Shown piece after piece: positions 63,433-64,000 of a stretch of 64,000 nucleotides of DNA. A program made the translations under genes and the position numbers. Under the pieces are notes generated by a model. The model was not told the DNA's origin and made no database searches. It worked only from the letters and a program-made list of their open reading frames with translations. The first letter of the stretch is position 1, and each line of letters starts with the position of its first letter. Source of the stretch: Azonexus sp. (GTDB lineage: Bacteria; Pseudomonadota; Gammaproteobacteria; Burkholderiales; Rhodocyclaceae); NCBI GenBank assembly GCA_041909105.1, contig JAYREE010000005.1:17885-81884 (forward strand), in the 5' to 3' direction.

Positions 63433-63539
63433 CGACCGCTCCGGCAAAAAAGAAACGGCCGACACGTTTCCCGTGCCGGCCGTTTGGGCGTGCAGTCATT
63501 TTTTGTTACTGCAACGGTCACCTTCTTGTGGGCGACCAT
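63429..63539 (-). CDS. Putative 36-aa leader/upstream ORF (MVAHKKVTVAVTKNDCTPKRPARETCRPFLFCRSGR)
   Basis: AGGAGG 5 nt before the ATG; TGA overlaps the next ATG (ATGA); runs through a terminator hairpin. Below the track cutoff. Confidence 0.45.
   Translation of the reverse strand: MVAHKKVTVAVTKNDCTPKRPARETCRPFLFCRSGR
63446..63485 (-). terminator. Intrinsic terminator upstream of the crbX/crbS-like genes
   Basis: Minus strand AAACGGCCGGCACG-ggaaa-CGTGTCGGCCGTTT (14 bp with one G-U) followed by CTTTTTT. Confidence 0.85.
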
Positions 63540-63611
63540 GGTCTCCTCCTTGCCCCTTTTGTTCGTGACGGTCATCAAGGCAAGCGTGACAACCGTTCGG
63601 AATTCAAGCTG

Positions 63612-63662
63612 TCGCCCGCTAGCGGGCGATCACCGGGCTTCGTCATCAGACAAAACCCGGTG
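63612..63662. repeat. Tandem hairpins downstream of acs
   Basis: Perfect 18-bp palindrome TCGCCCGCTAGCGGGCGA (63612-63629) plus CACCGGG...CCCGGTG stem (63631-63662). Confidence 0.6.
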
Positions 63663-63670
63663 TAACCACC

Positions 63671-64000
63671 TTAGCCCTTGAGTTGCTCCAGGATCGCCGG
63701 ATTTTCCAGCGTGGAGGTGTCTTGGGTGAGCTCTTCGCCCTTGGCCAGGCCACGCAGCAGACGACGCATGATCTTGCCGGAACGGGTCTTCGGCAGGTTG
63801 TCGCCGAAGCGGATGTCCTTCGGCTTGGCGATCGGGCCGATTTCCTTGCCCACCCAGTCAGCCAGTTCCTTGACCAGCTTCTTGGCAGCTTCCGGATCGG
63901 TCGGACGAGCGCCCTTCAACACGACGAAGGCGACGATGGCTTCACCGGTCAGGTCATCCGGACGGCCGACAACGGCGGCCTCGGCAACCAGCGGGTTGGC
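63671..64000 (-). CDS. acs: Acetyl-CoA synthetase, C-terminal part (continues beyond the window)
   Basis: [57 protein letters not shown]; contains the acetylatable Lys of PKTRSGK. Confidence 0.96.
   Translation of the reverse strand, partial: ANPLVAEAAVVGRPDDLTGEAIVAFVVLKGARPTDPEAAKKLVKELADWVGKEIGPIAKPKDIRFGDNLPKTRSGKIMRRLLRGLAKGEELTQDTSTLENPAILEQLKG

Noticed and set aside
63612-63662. Hammerhead ribozyme (minus strand contains CTGATGA next to hairpins)
   Set aside because: The required GAAA after stem II and a compatible stem I/III arrangement are absent.

Overview
GC-rich chromosomal window that looks betaproteobacterial. The gene repertoire resembles Rhodocyclales (Dechloromonas/Azonexus-like), which is an inference and was not searched. 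About 58 genes were called, mostly housekeeping: chrA (partial), slyX, hpnCDE, tesA/ybbA, mnmH, a Pat-type acetyltransferase, clpB with a clear sigma-32 promoter, moaE, prfC, rlmJ, fliW, tex, acs (partial), tRNA-Leu(TAG) and tRNA-Ser(GGA). No CRISPR array, rRNA, transposase or integrase was seen. Four accessory modules stand out. (1) At 14.7-19.4 kb, an FNR-box-preceded cluster encodes a monoheme cytochrome c, an exported triple-rhodanese, an octaheme OTR-family cytochrome, a cytochrome b and the rhodoquinone synthase RquA, suggesting rhodoquinol-linked sulfur-compound respiration. (2) At 31.4-33.8 kb, a five-gene operon encodes a receiver-like/winged-helix protein with an amphipathic tail, a small Ras-like GTPase and three roadblock-fold proteins. 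(3) At 43.9-51.6 kb, a YfiR / hybrid kinase / REC-EAL phosphorelay is flanked by two broken TonB-dependent receptor genes (a 68-aa stub and an in-frame amber mutant). It is followed by a degenerate copy of the tRNA-Ser 3' end and an AT-rich spacer with DnaA boxes. (4) At 52.6-64 kb, an acs-linked acetate cluster has an SLC5-histidine kinase, a lone receiver, a PAS/pseudo-kinase/exonuclease fusion, a cNMP-CBS-DUF294 nucleotidyltransferase and an apparently dead exonuclease. It is preceded by an unannotated short ORF that runs through a terminator. Family calls come from motif recognition by eye; no database searches were run.
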